DNA of 64,000 nucleotides. Origin: Carcharhinus longimanus (Eukaryota). Below the pieces are notes generated by a model. It had not been told where the DNA came from. It searched no databases and saw only the letters and a list, made by a program, of their open reading frames with translations. This document shows, in pieces, positions 1-11,679 of the stretch; position 1 is the first letter of the stretch; each line of letters begins with the position of its first letter. A program made the position numbers and the translations under genes. The stretch lies in contig JASCQW010000032.1 of NCBI GenBank assembly GCA_030264375.1, positions 38,339,376-38,403,375 on the forward strand, written 5' to 3'.

Positions 1-1527
1 CATCAATTCACAAAAACATCCAGAACCCATGCAAAAATGGCCACAGATGTGCTGCTTGATGACAAGTTCTGAGGCTGCAGCATTGCCACTTCAGTGAGTT
101 TTCAGCCCATCCCCCACCAGCAACAGTGCTTGCCACTGGCTGGACTAGGACCCAGAGTCAGCGCTAAGACCCAAGATCAACACTCTGACCCGTGTCTGTC
201 CTGAGAGTCTGAGGTTGTACCCCGAGTAACAACAGCCCCTCCCCACACACTCGCAGTCCACCTGACCTAAAACACAACATGGCCACTATGAAACAATCCC
301 CTCTGAGCAGCATGGAGCAGAGACTTACCTCCTCGCTCACCTTCAGTGATCAAGCACCTGAATGTGACTTTTATATATGAGGTGTTTTCCTGACTGATCC
401 GACTGCAGTGAGTGAGATGGTTAAGGCAGGTGAACTGGGATGATTGGGAATGAAATTCACTAATTACAATGTGATGAATGCAAAAAAAATGCAAATTGAC
501 ATTTAGCCTGTTTTGGGCGGGCTCCCGATCCCAAAATGTTTTTTTCTCAGTAAAATGGGAAGGGGCACAAAAACAGGCACCCTTCCCACTAGTCACATCA
601 CGCCTGATTTTACGACATTTTCTCACAACAAAACGGATGCGATGAGTTGCAAAATTCTACTTAATTTTTTTTAGCACCCCACATTTTCTTATGAATTTTC
701 AACTATCAACTTCCGCATGGTAGATACATGTCATGAATGCTTCTATAAAATGTAAATATAAGCTTGTCTTTGAATATCTGCAGCTGTGTATAACATATAA
801 GACCACACGACATATAACTACCAAATTAGAACACGTCTCCATTTTATACGATTGAGAAATATTGTATAACCATGTGCATTTTCTTTTCTTTGTTCAATCT
901 TTTATAATTATTAAAAGAAACTTGTGCAAGGAGCTTTGTATATCATAATATTGTCACTACTATTATAACCGTTGCATAAAAAGTAATTGCAACAGAAAGC
1001 ACAAACCACATTTAATCCTTTTTTACAATCAGATTGAATTACACATCCTCATGCATTCTGAACTGTTCGCAAATCTTAATTGTGAACAACTAAGATGCAA
1101 AAGTTAAAATTTTAACTTTTGCAGCAGTATCGGTAATATGAAGCAAATGTGAGGTTTTATGTTAAAATAGGAATTTCTGTGCCAGAGGGATCACTGTTTA
1201 TTAACAAAATTATTTGATCAGTTGCTTTGGAATGAAGAGACTGTTAATCTGATTTGGTGATTGATAGAAGCAGTTGTTAGAATCAATGTGTCATCAGTGA
1301 TTGATGCTTTCAGTCACGCACCATTGCTAAAAGCTTGATTCTTTATCAGTTTAGTGATAATTGGAATACACAAAAGTAAAGATCAAGAAAATGAGACAAT
1401 AAAAGTGATGACTGTATTTGAATTAAATCCAATAATTGTGACCATGGGCATTGAATATTACTTAGAACTAATGTGCCAAAATTAGCACAGTCTGCATAAA
1501 AGCAAAGTGACAGGCGACATTGGCTTG

Positions 1528-1628
1528 CCTAAAATGGTTTTATTATCCCATGATGCCCTGCTGTAGTGGCCAATCAGAAGTGTCTAAGAAATGATGTTGC
1601 ATATTTTCAACAGAGTTGTGGTATATAA
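1528..1628 (+). promoter_or_regulatory. ttn: titin core promoter: CArG box CCTAAAATGG (1528-1537), CCAAT (1570-1574), TATA box TATATAA (1622-1628)
   Basis: Consensus CC(A/T)6GG, CCAAT and TATA appear in canonical order; TATA lies ~30 nt upstream of sequence resembling the start of vertebrate TTN mRNA. Confidence 0.75.
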
Positions 1629-1654
1629 GGTAAAACCACCATGTTAGCACTTCT

Positions 1655-1852
1655 GAGCGGTTCAGGCATTCCCAGCCTTGCCTCGGGTGTAGGGATTGCA
1701 TGGAACCTCCGGGTAGTTTTGTTTCCTTAACATAAGAGGAAAGCTCCATTCTCTCAGTGGATTGTTGGAAAAATTCTGAATAAGGAGGTGGTTTCCGAAG
1801 CTTTAAGACCTTTGGGCTTAGCCCTATAACTTAGGCACTCTTGAATATTCAG
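1655..1852 (+). other. ttn: ttn non-coding exon 1 (5'UTR); start approximate
   Basis: GCATTCCCAGCCTTGCCTCGGGTGTAGGGATTGCAT and TTAGGCACTCTTGA...CAG closely match recalled human TTN exon 1; donor CAG|GTTAGT at 1852/1853. Confidence 0.8.
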
Positions 1853-2150
1853 GTTAGTAAATCAATCTTTCTTCTAACAGAGCATTTTGTTTTCATGGTA
1901 ATAAAATGAATTCAGCTGAATTTGTATATGAAGCAATAAATACATGTTTGAGCGTAAAAAGTTGAGAAAACCGCTGGTTGAGATATATTTACCTATACCT
2001 TATTAAGTCTAGACAATGGTACTCAATCTTCTGAGTGTAAATTGAATTTATTGAACATTTTTTAAAGACAAATCAAATTCAGTGGTTTAAATCTAAATTA
2101 CTTAAGACATTCAAACTGCAATCAAAAGTTTTCAAGGTTATCCTATAGAC

Positions 2151-2196
2151 AGATAAATTAAGAACTGCTAAAAATAGCACTGATTTTATGCATCTG
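2151..2196 (+). promoter_or_regulatory. candidate intron-1 muscle enhancer: GATA (AGATAA 2151), MEF2 (CTAAAAATAG 2168-2177), E-box (CATCTG 2191)
   Basis: Perfect MEF2 consensus clustered with GATA and E-box within 46 bp. Confidence 0.5.
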
Positions 2197-3203
2197 GTAT
2201 CAGCTAAGCAGTGATGTCTTTTTAAGGGAATCAGCACTGAGCTATTAGCTGTGCCACCAGCTATGTAACACATGTCCCTTGTCAATCAAAGTCATCTAAC
2301 TAAATTTAGAACTTTTTCTGTTGCCAACTGCATAGTTAATCCTTATTTAAAGAAACTGAGAATAATATTTGTAAGATGTTGCAAATTAATTTGCCCTGCA
2401 CTAAATATTTATTCTAAATAAAATGTATTCATCTATATTACCTTCCATGCATTTATATGCCATATTCGTTTCCATTTAAACTAATATTTGTGTGTAACTG
2501 TTTTTAAACTTCAAGATCAGAATTATATACGAGTTTAGTTAAATCTCAGGTTATAGAAAATGTGGGTGGAGTGGAGCAAGAAAATATTTTCAACAACTGA
2601 AGCACATCTCGCACAAAATATTTATTTGTTCATTTTAATCGAATAAATAGTTAATTGAAACAATTCTTCTATAGTGCGGCACGGTGATCTAACACAGGAG
2701 TGCTCAATACTTCATTGTTGCGTTTTTTAGTTATCTGTTAAAGCATTCCACCGCAGTTGCCAGAAATGTCATGAGCAGTTAAATCCGGTTATCAGTAATG
2801 TTTGCTCAAGCACTGAGTCGATTCACAGTCCAAATATATTTAAACTGGATATTGCTGTAGTCACTGAATTGACATTATAAAATACATGCGATTACGATAA
2901 AATAAAGTTCCATAAAGGTTGAACTGAGGATAACTACAAATTGCATGCATACACAAAAATCATTCTGGCCCACAATTTATTTATTATTCTGAAACAGTAA
3001 TAGCGTTCAAACTAAATTGGATTCTTACCACTGACTTGCAACAAACTAACGAGCAGCCTGTGTGTCAGTCAGATATAAAAATGTGACTTCGGAAAAATGT
3101 TTATTCGTTTCATTCCTTGAAATAATGGCCAATGTAACGTTTCTAAGAAGTCCCGTTACTAACTATCCATGTTCCTCTTTTTTTGTTTAGAGTGCCTACA
3201 AAA

Positions 3204-3294
3204 ATGGCAACACAAGCTCCGACTTTTTTACATCCGCTTCAAAGTGTTGTGGCACTTGAGGGTAGTGTCGCAACCTTTGAAGCGCATATTAGTG
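3204..3294 (+). CDS. ttn: titin exon 2 coding part (exon starts 3191), Ig Z1 N-half
   Basis: MATQAPTFLHPLQSVVALEGSVATFEAHISG; acceptor tttag|, donor G|gtaagt. Confidence 0.97.
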
Positions 3295-3743
3295 GTAAGT
3301 TAACTTTCTAAGTGTCAGCTCAATTCAAACAGATACAAAGGACACCCAATAGAGTTTAAAAATTAATTGGATAGTCGCTTCTGCTGTTGAATGCACACCT
3401 GTCTGGCATATTGTGCATTTTATTCAGGCATCAGTAAAATAATTGTTCCCTGCTACAGTTACTTAACGATATCGATCGCTGAAAAAATGTATCACAGTAT
3501 TGCTTAATTTATTGTCTAGATGCATATATAAATAAACACGTTCCCCACAACCACCCCCTCCCCAAAGAGTAACTGATCAAATCCGAGCAATGCAAACTGA
3601 AATACATATTTGTTTTATTTCTACACTATTGTGCCCAAGTTTAATTTTGTTTGCAAAATCTGTGTGTGTGAGTGGCTCTAGTGTCTGTGTGTAAGCTGCA
3701 CTGGAGCCCCCCCACCTGACTGTTGTTCTCTGTGTTTGGTCAG

Positions 3744-3947
3744 GATTGCCAGTTCCTGAGGTGAGCTGGTTCAGAGATGGCCAGGTTCTCTCCGCTGCTG
3801 CTCTCCCGGGCGCAGAGATTTCGTTTAGCGACGGCCGCGCTAAGCTGACTATCTCTCGCGTGACGCCTGCGCACAGCGGCAGGTTCTCTGTGCGAGCCAC
3901 CAATGGATCAGGACAAGCGACTAGTACCGCCGAACTGCTGGTGACAG
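3744..3947 (+). CDS. ttn: titin exon 3, Ig Z1 C-half
   Basis: LPVPEVSWFRDGQ...ATSTAELLVT; AG/GT boundaries, phase 1-1. Confidence 0.97.
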
Positions 3948-4439
3948 GTCAGTAATGCCCGGGAGAGGGGCTGGGCTAGGGGACAGACCTCATTGAAAAC
4001 ATCCTGCAACTCCCTCATCAACCACATGGGAGGCTGCAGACACACCGCCATCGAGGTTGTTGAGTTTTACTCTATAATCCTGAAAATACATGTCTTAAAC
4101 TGGTTAAAAATACTATACTCTTACTCAGAGGTTTGGCTACTCTTACTTCACACCCTTAGCTCATACATCATAAACACTTGAGGGGCTGAATGTTCGCGTC
4201 TGAAGTGTTTCTAACGCCCCTGAACAGTCACTGAGCTGGATTGACAGAGAAGGGGGGAAACAGTCACATGGCCATGGCGACAGGTTGTCTGATTAATGGT
4301 GATAGGCGGGTTCCTTTGGCAGACCCAATCAGGGGCCCTCCAACTTGAGAGCAGCTGCAGCCTGCAGAAAAGGTCAGGAATTGAGGGTACTTCAACATGA
4401 GGGCAACTTCTTTAAGAATTTAAGCATGAATTTGGAGTA

Positions 4440-5110
4440 CCTCTGGAGACCCATTCAGCCTGCTGCGCCATTCAGCAAGATCATGGCTAACCTGACTGTA
4501 ACTTCAATCCTGCCCATACTGCAGAAGCTTTCACCCCCTTCTTAATCAAGAATCGATCTATCGCTGCCTGAAAAATATTCAAACGCTCTGCTGCCACTGC
4601 CTTTTGAGGAAGAAAAATCCAGAGACTTCCAGTAACCCCCTGACAGAAAAATATTTCCCTCATCTATGTCTTAAATGAGCAACCCTTTATTTTAAACAGT
4701 GGCCCCTCATTCTAGATTCTCCAACAAGACGAAAGATTGACCGGAATTCTTCCACATTGTCCGCCACGGAATCGGAGCAGACACGGGTTCTAAAATGGAA
4801 ATCTCCATTGACCTCGGGTGGAAATTTCCAGTCTCATCCGAGTGAGGCCATAGAATCCTTTTTCATCCACTCTGTCATTACCCCTCAGAATCTTAAAGGT
4901 TTTGATCAAGTTGCCTCTTATTCTTCTAAATGCTAGTGGATACAAACCTTACTTTCCAACCTTTCCTCGTAAAACAACCCACCCTTTACTGATATTTGTC
5001 TAGGAAGTCTTCTCTGTGCTGTTTCTAACATAGTTACATCTTTCCTTAAATAAGGAAACTAATACTATACTCCAAATGTGGTCTCACTAATGCCTTGTAC
5101 TAAAGCATAC
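4440..5110 (-). mobile_element. CR1-type LINE 3' fragment, interrupted by a short element at ~4730-4860
   Basis: Antisense CR1 3'-end motifs (gccattcagcaagatcatggct, tccaaatgtggtctcac); boundaries approximate. Confidence 0.6.
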
Positions 5111-5111
5111 C

Positions 5112-5188
5112 TAGAACATAGAACCCTACAGTGCAGAAACAGGCCCTTCGGCCCATCGAGTCTGCACCGACCACAATCCCACCCAGGC
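5112..5188 (-). mobile_element. HE1-like SINE 3' tail running into an N gap
   Basis: Reverse complement resembles the tail of the SINE at 6641-6956. Confidence 0.65.
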
Positions 5189-6640
5189 NNNNNNNNNNNN
5201 NNNNNNNNNNNNNNNNNNNNNNNNNNNNNNNNNNNNNNNNNNNNNNNNNNNNNNNNNNNNNNNNNNNNNNNNNNNNNNNNNNNNNNNNNNNNNNNNNNNN
5301 NNNNNNNNNNNNNNNNNNNNNNNNNNNNNNNNNNNNNNNNNNNNNNNNNNNNNNNNNNNNNNNNNNNNNNNNNNNNNNNNNNNNNNNNNNNNNNNNNNNN
5401 NGAAATTTGATAGGAGAGAGATGGGGGGGGGGGTAGTAATCCCTTTATAGGAGAGCCCTTTGCTGCACCCACACCAAGAGAGGCAGGAATGATCCAAAGT
5501 CTACCCACCTTGTGGGGCAGGTAACTGTGCTGAGCCCTGAACTCACAGTGACCAAAATGGCTGGCACCAGGAATAGGTGTTTGAAAACTCCAGCGCTGGT
5601 ATTTTTGGGCCCCATTTGCCTCTGTTCCCAATCCTGACAGGGCCCAAAAATTCTGCCCCACATATTCTCAGAATTGCCAGCCTCATCATGAGGGAAACTC
5701 TTAAAAACCAAATAATTTAATATAAAATCTACCCCTTTTTTTACAAAAGAAAAACAAACCATTATAAATTCAGTGTTTTATCAACCTCATTAGTGGCATA
5801 TTTAATCCCCAACAGGAATGAACGTATTGCAAAATTCTATCACTGCCCTGTTTGGGTGTAAGAAGGCCTAATTTCAATGATCAAAGTCCTGTACATCTCA
5901 AGAAACAGTTATTTTTCAGGCATCCAGTGTGGCTACCTCAGATGTTAATTTGGCCCATTGCATGGACTAATGAGAGGTCTGATTTAGGGCCCTTCTGGAA
6001 AACTAGGTTGCTTAAAAAACACTAACCAGTAGGGGGAGTGATCTCTCTTGTAAGGCTCACTCATCTCCTCCCCACCCATTCAGTGAGGGCATATGGAATA
6101 TCCTTCTTGGAAAGCTCAGTAGTTTCCTTCTCCCATCCCATTCCCCTATTGAGAGTTGATGAGTGTGAGTCCATATGTGGAAGTCTCTGCAAAAGTGTCC
6201 CTCTATTACCCATGGTCTCCTGTTCCTTCAACCCCTCCCCTTTCCCCACCCACTCAACAAACTTGGGCATCGTGGAGTGACATGCGACTGCTTAAAGTCC
6301 CCTCCTCTGGGGCTCTTGTGTGCACCAAGCACGTAAGAGGGATGAATGTCCCGAAGCCACCAACAGATGCTTTGTCTCTGTCTCTGGCTAAACCATAAAC
6401 TTTTGCACAGTATGTTACATTATGCCATTACTCAGGTATTTATTTAAGCACACACCTCGCCACTTTAGATTGCAAACTCAACAGAGCAAGTTGAAGTGTC
6501 GGCATGACCAAATGGGTGCACATATGCAGGAAGTTTTCAGAGCCTGTCTTTCCATTCCTCCAACCACAGTGAATAACTTCCTAACATTATTCTATTTCTT
6601 TTAACTTGACGCCCACTCACATAATCCTTCTATATCTCTG

Positions 6641-6956
6641 GGGCGGCAAGTGGCACAGTGGTTAGCATTGCTGCCTCACAGCGCCAGGGACCCCAGGTTT
6701 GATTCCTGGCTTGGGTGAGTGTCTGTGTGGAGTCTGCAATTCTCCTCATGTTTGCATGGGTTTTCCCAGGCTACTCTGGTTTCCTCCCATAGCCCAAAAA
6801 TGTGTGGGTTAGGTTTGGATTGGCCATGCTAGATTGCTTCTTAGTGTTAGGAGGATGTCAGGGTGGGGTTACAGGGATAGGGCCTGGGTGGGATTGTTGT
6901 TGGTGTAGGCTCAATGGGCTGAATGGCCTCCTTCTACACTGTAGGGATTCTATGAT
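6641..6956 (+). mobile_element. tRNA-derived SINE, HE1/V-SINE-like (elasmobranch)
   Basis: A-box tggcacagtggttagc, B-box-like ggtttgattcc, core ggtttcctccc, LINE-like tail aatggcctccttct..actgtagggattctatg. Confidence 0.85.
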
Positions 6957-7451
6957 CTCTAGCCTCTGTCCATTTCACAACTTATGTTTCCACCTAGCTT
7001 TGTAATGCCAGCAAGTTTGGATACATTCCTCCTGGTCCTTTTGCCTAAGCCATTAATATAGATAGCAAGTAGCTGCGGCTGAGCACTGATCCTAGCAGCA
7101 ATCCACTAGATCCAGCATTTTCCCAACAACCAATGTCAGGATAACTGGCCTGTAGCTCCCTGTTTTATCTTTCTTAAATATTAGTGTTACACTTGCTAAT
7201 TTCCAGCCTGCTGAGAATCATTTTAGAATGTGGAAAGTTTTGGAAAATTATAACCAGAGCGTTCAGTGAGGTGTTTCATCGATCTGGATTATTGGATAGA
7301 AAATCATGGGAATTGTTACCTGAATTCACATTATCTACCCTCAGCAGGTGATCTCTTCTTGGAGCATCAATTGTAAAGTTACCATTCTCTATTCATTAGC
7401 ACTCTTCAATCTGAGTTCAAAAAGCAAAAAAAATACAACTGAACAAGTCCA

Positions 7452-7616
7452 AAAGATATGCGGGTTAGGTTGATTGGCCATGCTAAATTGTCCCTTGGTG
7501 TCAGGGGGATTAGCAGGGTAAATACATGGGGTTATGGGGATAGAGCAAGGGACTGTTATCAGTGTAGGCTCAATGGGCTGAATGGCCTCCTTCTGCACTG
7601 TAGAGATTCTATGATT
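7452..7616 (+). mobile_element. 5'-truncated HE1-like SINE
   Basis: Matches 3' half of the 6641-6956 copy. Confidence 0.75.
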
Positions 7617-7790
7617 CCAAGTTAACCTTCTGTGATGCTGTTAACCAGGAGATATTTTTTACCTCCATTGCTTGTGTTGTAAACTGATGGTGCAGATCAC
7701 TGGCCTGAAATAGAGTCTGCTTGACTTCATTTCTGTATAGAAATTAAAATTAGACAGTTATTGTAATAAACTGAAGATACCCACATAATA

Positions 7791-7946
7791 AACGCAAATT
7801 ACTGCGGATGCTGGAAGCTGAAACCAAAAGAGAAAATGCTGGAAAATCTTTGCAGGTCTGGCTTTGACAAAGGGTCATCAGCTCTTTTCTCTCCTTACAG
7901 ATGCTGCCAGACCTGCTGAGATTTTCCAACATTTTCTCTTTTGGTT
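7791..7946. mobile_element. palindromic Penelope-like short element; related pieces at ~8630-8742, ~15890-16010, ~18655-18760
   Basis: aaccaaaagagaaaatgctggaaaatct ... agattttccaacattttctcttttggtt inverted arms; shared cagatgctg motif. Confidence 0.55.
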
Positions 7947-8278
7947 AGAAGATACCCTCAGGTGTTTTATGGCTGAAAATGACAGTTATCCCCATACACA
8001 TTCCCTGAAAGCTGGGTATGGTTCAGCAGTAGTTTAGATTGTATATTAGGGAGCCCTGTGAAGAACAGAATATTGCATTGGATAATAGCAAAAGCACTAT
8101 TTAGGGACAAAAGACAAATCAAGTCTAATTAGAAAAGATCAGTTCTTGTGGTAGTGACATATTTAAAGTGTGGTGTGTTTGTCATGTGCAAGATTTTTAG
8201 TTATGTAGATTGCTACACAATAACATGATTCAAGAGAGCTATAAATTTAAATTTAGATATTTCTTTCACATATTGCAG

Positions 8279-8566
8279 CAGAGACAGCACCTCCCAACTT
8301 TATACAGAGACTACAAAGCATGACTGCAAGACAAGGATCCAAAGTTAGACTGGACGTTCGTGTAACCGGAATCCCTACACCTGTGGTGAAGTTCTACAGG
8401 GAAGGAGCAGAAATCCAGAGTTCTCCCGACTTCCAGATTGTACAAGATGGTGATTTGTACAGTTTAATAATTACTGAAGTTTATACGGAAGATTCTGGAA
8501 CCTTCTCCGTGACAGCCACAAACAGTGTTGGACGTGCCACCTCTACAGCCGAGCTCCACGTCCAAG
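8279..8566 (+). CDS. ttn: titin exon 4, Ig Z2
   Basis: ETAPPNFIQRLQSMTARQGSKVRLDVRVTGIP...AELHVQ. Confidence 0.97.
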
Positions 8567-8772
8567 GTATTTCTTTGATAGTTGTAATTGCATACATTGA
8601 AACAATACTTCGCAAATTCCAAAATTAATTGAAGAGTTTTCAGACTTGAAATGTTAGCTTTGTTCTCTTGCCACAGATGCTGAGATTTTCCAGCATTTTC
8701 CATTTTTGTTTCAGATTCCAGCATCTGCAGTAGTTTGCTTTTAACTTTCAATATCATGTTCCTTTTCTACAG

Positions 8773-8861
8773 CTGATGATGAAGTAGTACCAGCTAAAAA
8801 GACAAAGACAATTATTGCTTCTTCTGAAATTTCCCAGGCAAGAAAAGTCCAAGTTGAAAAG
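8773..8861 (+). CDS. ttn: titin exon 5
   Basis: DDEVVPAKKTKTIIASSEISQARKVQVEK; AG/GT. Confidence 0.93.
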
Positions 8862-8956
8862 GTATCTTGGTCTTAATGTTCACTCTGAAATCAACTTTTC
8901 TGTAATCTATTTGTTATAATCTGACAATTACAATTTTCTTTTTGTTTGTATTCCAG

Positions 8957-9174
8957 AAAATGGAAGCTCATTATGAAGCCAGATCTTCAGCATCTGAAAT
9001 GATTATTGATGGCAGAACAGTAGTGCAGCATTTGCATCATAAGACGCCACCACGCATCCCACCAAAACCAATGTCCAGGTCCCCAACTCCGCCACCTACA
9101 ACTGGCAAAGTAACTCGCCAACAATCCCCATCTCCTGTTCGTCATGTGAGGGCCCCAGCACCTTCACCTGTTAG
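8957..9174 (+). CDS. ttn: titin exon 6 (Zis-1, SP-rich)
   Basis: HKTPPRIPPKPMSRSPTPP...QSPSPVRHVRAP. Confidence 0.95.
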
Positions 9175-10381
9175 GTAAGGGAAATTTAAATGCTCATATC
9201 TTAATATTAAAACATTTTTCTTAATGTGTTTCAAAACTGATAATTCATGTCAAATAATTAAGTAAAAATCACAATTTTGCTGAATTTCTAAATGAATGAT
9301 GGGATTCACCAATCTGCTCTTTTTGGGTTCCAATCAAAGATAAGGTGCATGGAATTAGATCTGTTTTTACCCAAGGATCCATCTGCTGGCCAGAATTTAG
9401 AGTTCATGGTGCTATCTAGGGCATTTAGATTGAAGTTCTTCAGTTGCTTGGATGCACCACATTCCCAAATTGAATTCAGTTGAATCCAATTTCAAAGTTT
9501 TAGTTTAGTTTGAAAAGAAAATTGGCGTTGTATTAAATGGCAGCTATTTTATAGTGATAGAAGAGTGTAGAATTGATTAGGATCAGAAAAGGATATTGTA
9601 GTCCATCTGGTCAGTGCAAAATTTTAAAAGTGCCAAATGATATTCCATTATAACATTCAACCACTTTTTAACCTCAATCATTTCTTTCAACAAAAAGCTA
9701 TTCAGTTCCTTGTTGAATTTTCAGGCAATTTTGTTTCTATTTTTGTTTTTTATAAATATTGTAAATAATCTGAAATACCTGTTTATTGTTCATCTTTTGA
9801 GTTTCAACTCATGACCATGATGAAGTCAACCAATAATCCAGGGTTCAGTAATTATACTATTAGAGTCTTGAAAATATCAATAACACCTCTCCTGAATCAG
9901 CTCTGTTCATTATTCTTACATTAATAATGTAAGTATTCTTATTCCTTTAACTTATCTTTAGCTCGAATGCATAATCCCTGATATCTGTTTGCTCTTCCTC
10001 CACTTTAATCTCTTCAAAGCCTCAGTGGCATGAAGAACTGATTGGCATGTATCCCTCCAGGTGGGTGGGACTGCACCAATTTCTATACAAAACTCATTCT
10101 TTGAACTTCTGGGCAGAATGGCAGGATTTTCCAATCCCTGTGAAGCCAGTGGACTTGCCGTTTTTACGGCGTTGCCTCCATCACCACAGGGCAGTAAAAT
10201 TCTGTCCTATTTTTCTTCTGTTTGCTAAAGACAACAAGATTTTGTTTGGAGAAAGGAAAAAAATAATTTCTGAGTGTGCAATGATCAAAGGCAGATTTGC
10301 CACTTTGACAGCGAGAATTGTACCGTTGAGTCACCATTGCAGGAATTATTACATTTAAATACTACATTTTTTAAAATACAG

Positions 10382-11135
10382 ATCTGTGTCTCCGGCTGGA
10401 AGACTCTCAACATCACCTATCAGATCTGTCAAATCTCCAGTTCTTACTCGAAAATCTCAGACAACAGTTGTTGCTGCAGAAGTTATACCTCCTTGGAAGC
10501 AGGAAGGCTATGTTTCAGCAGCTGAAGCACAAAAGAGACAAAGCAAATTAACCACAAGTACCACACAGGTTCATAGAGAAGAAAAATGGGAAAGGAGATA
10601 TGGAATCCACGGACAGATGACAGTCACTGGTGCTGCTGGAGCTGCTCAAATGACCACAGTTGAACATGGTGCCAGAGCTGCTGGAGCTGCTGGAATGATG
10701 ACCATTGCACAAGATGTCAGTGCTGCCAGAGCTGCTGGAGTTGCAGGAGCTGCTAGAGTTATCACTGCTAAACAAGAAGTCAGTGCTGCCAGAGCTGCCA
10801 GAGCTGCCGGAGCTGCAGGAGCTGCTAGAGTTATCACTGCTGAACACGAAGTCAGTGCTGCCAGAGCTGCAGGAGCTGCTAGAGTTATCACTGCTGAACG
10901 AGGTGTCAGTGCTGCTGGAGTTACCACAGTTGAAAGTGAAGCTGGTGCTGCTGGTACTGCTAGAATAACCACAATTGAACAAACTATTAGTGCTCCCCGA
11001 ATTACCACAATTGAGCGAGTGACCAGAGTTAGCACAGCGGAAGGAGCTGCTGGTGCTGTTGGTGCTGCTCGAGTTACCACAGTTGAAGGGAGTGCTGCAG
11101 CTGTTGGAATGACTGGTGTTGCTGTTGGCAAAGAG
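10382..11135 (+). CDS. ttn: titin exon 7 (Zis-1), expanded by an Ala/Gly repeat
   Basis: SVSPAGRLSTSPIRSVKSP...PPWKQEGY...EEKWERRYG; donor GAG|gtaaga. Confidence 0.92.
10629..11120 (+). repeat. coding tandem repeat (VSAARAAGAARVITAE-like) built from 9-nt subunits
   Basis: gtcagtgctgc units begin at 10716, 10779, 10851, 10905 (spacing 63, 72, 54 nt). Confidence 0.9.
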
Positions 11136-11526
11136 GTAAGACAAATTTACTATTTCATAAAGCATGATCAACTTCTGAGAGAAATAAAGCATTGTTAATA
11201 ATTCAAATCAGGTCTGTGTGAAAATCTAGGACATAAATGTGTTAGGGGCAATAAGTTTTAAACACAGTAAAAGTTGATTAAAATAGATTGATGTAAAATA
11301 GCCAACTTCTTGCTTGGATGTATGGGACAAGTACTCTATATCTGTAAAGATCTAATAATCAAATTTGTTTTCTTTATGCTTTACAAATGTATGGATTTGC
11401 AATATGCATTTTGAATGTTAATTACTCCAATACAGATTCATGTTGAAACCATTTTTAAAATTGCATTTAATTTATTACATGGCATATATAACGTAATCCA
11501 TCTATTTTTTGCTGCAACAAATTCAG

Positions 11527-11679
11527 ACAGAGCATGCCGTAGGAAAAACAGCAGCTGTTGCTACTGTAATAGCTGCTGTTGACCAAGCCAGAGTACGTGA
11601 ACCAGTTACTGTAACCACAGAAAGAAGCGCATCAGAGAAACATGTATTCACAGTACAAGCAGAACTGGTTGAGGATCAG
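11527..11679 (+). CDS. ttn: titin exon 8, Z-repeat 1
   Basis: KTAAVATVIAAVDQARVREPV; 153 nt, phase 0-0; absent from ORF track. Confidence 0.93.

Noticed and set aside
3577-3903. 108-aa antisense ORF over exon 3, or a foreign GC-rich insert
   Set aside because: The ORF is explained by high GC; the exon fits neighbours in phase and sequence
6641-6715. tRNA gene-like A/B boxes
   Set aside because: Head of a multi-copy SINE continuing into core and LINE-like tail
10548-11192. Long antisense and alternative-frame ORFs (214, 161, 87 aa)
   Set aside because: Shadows of the low-complexity GCT-rich coding repeat
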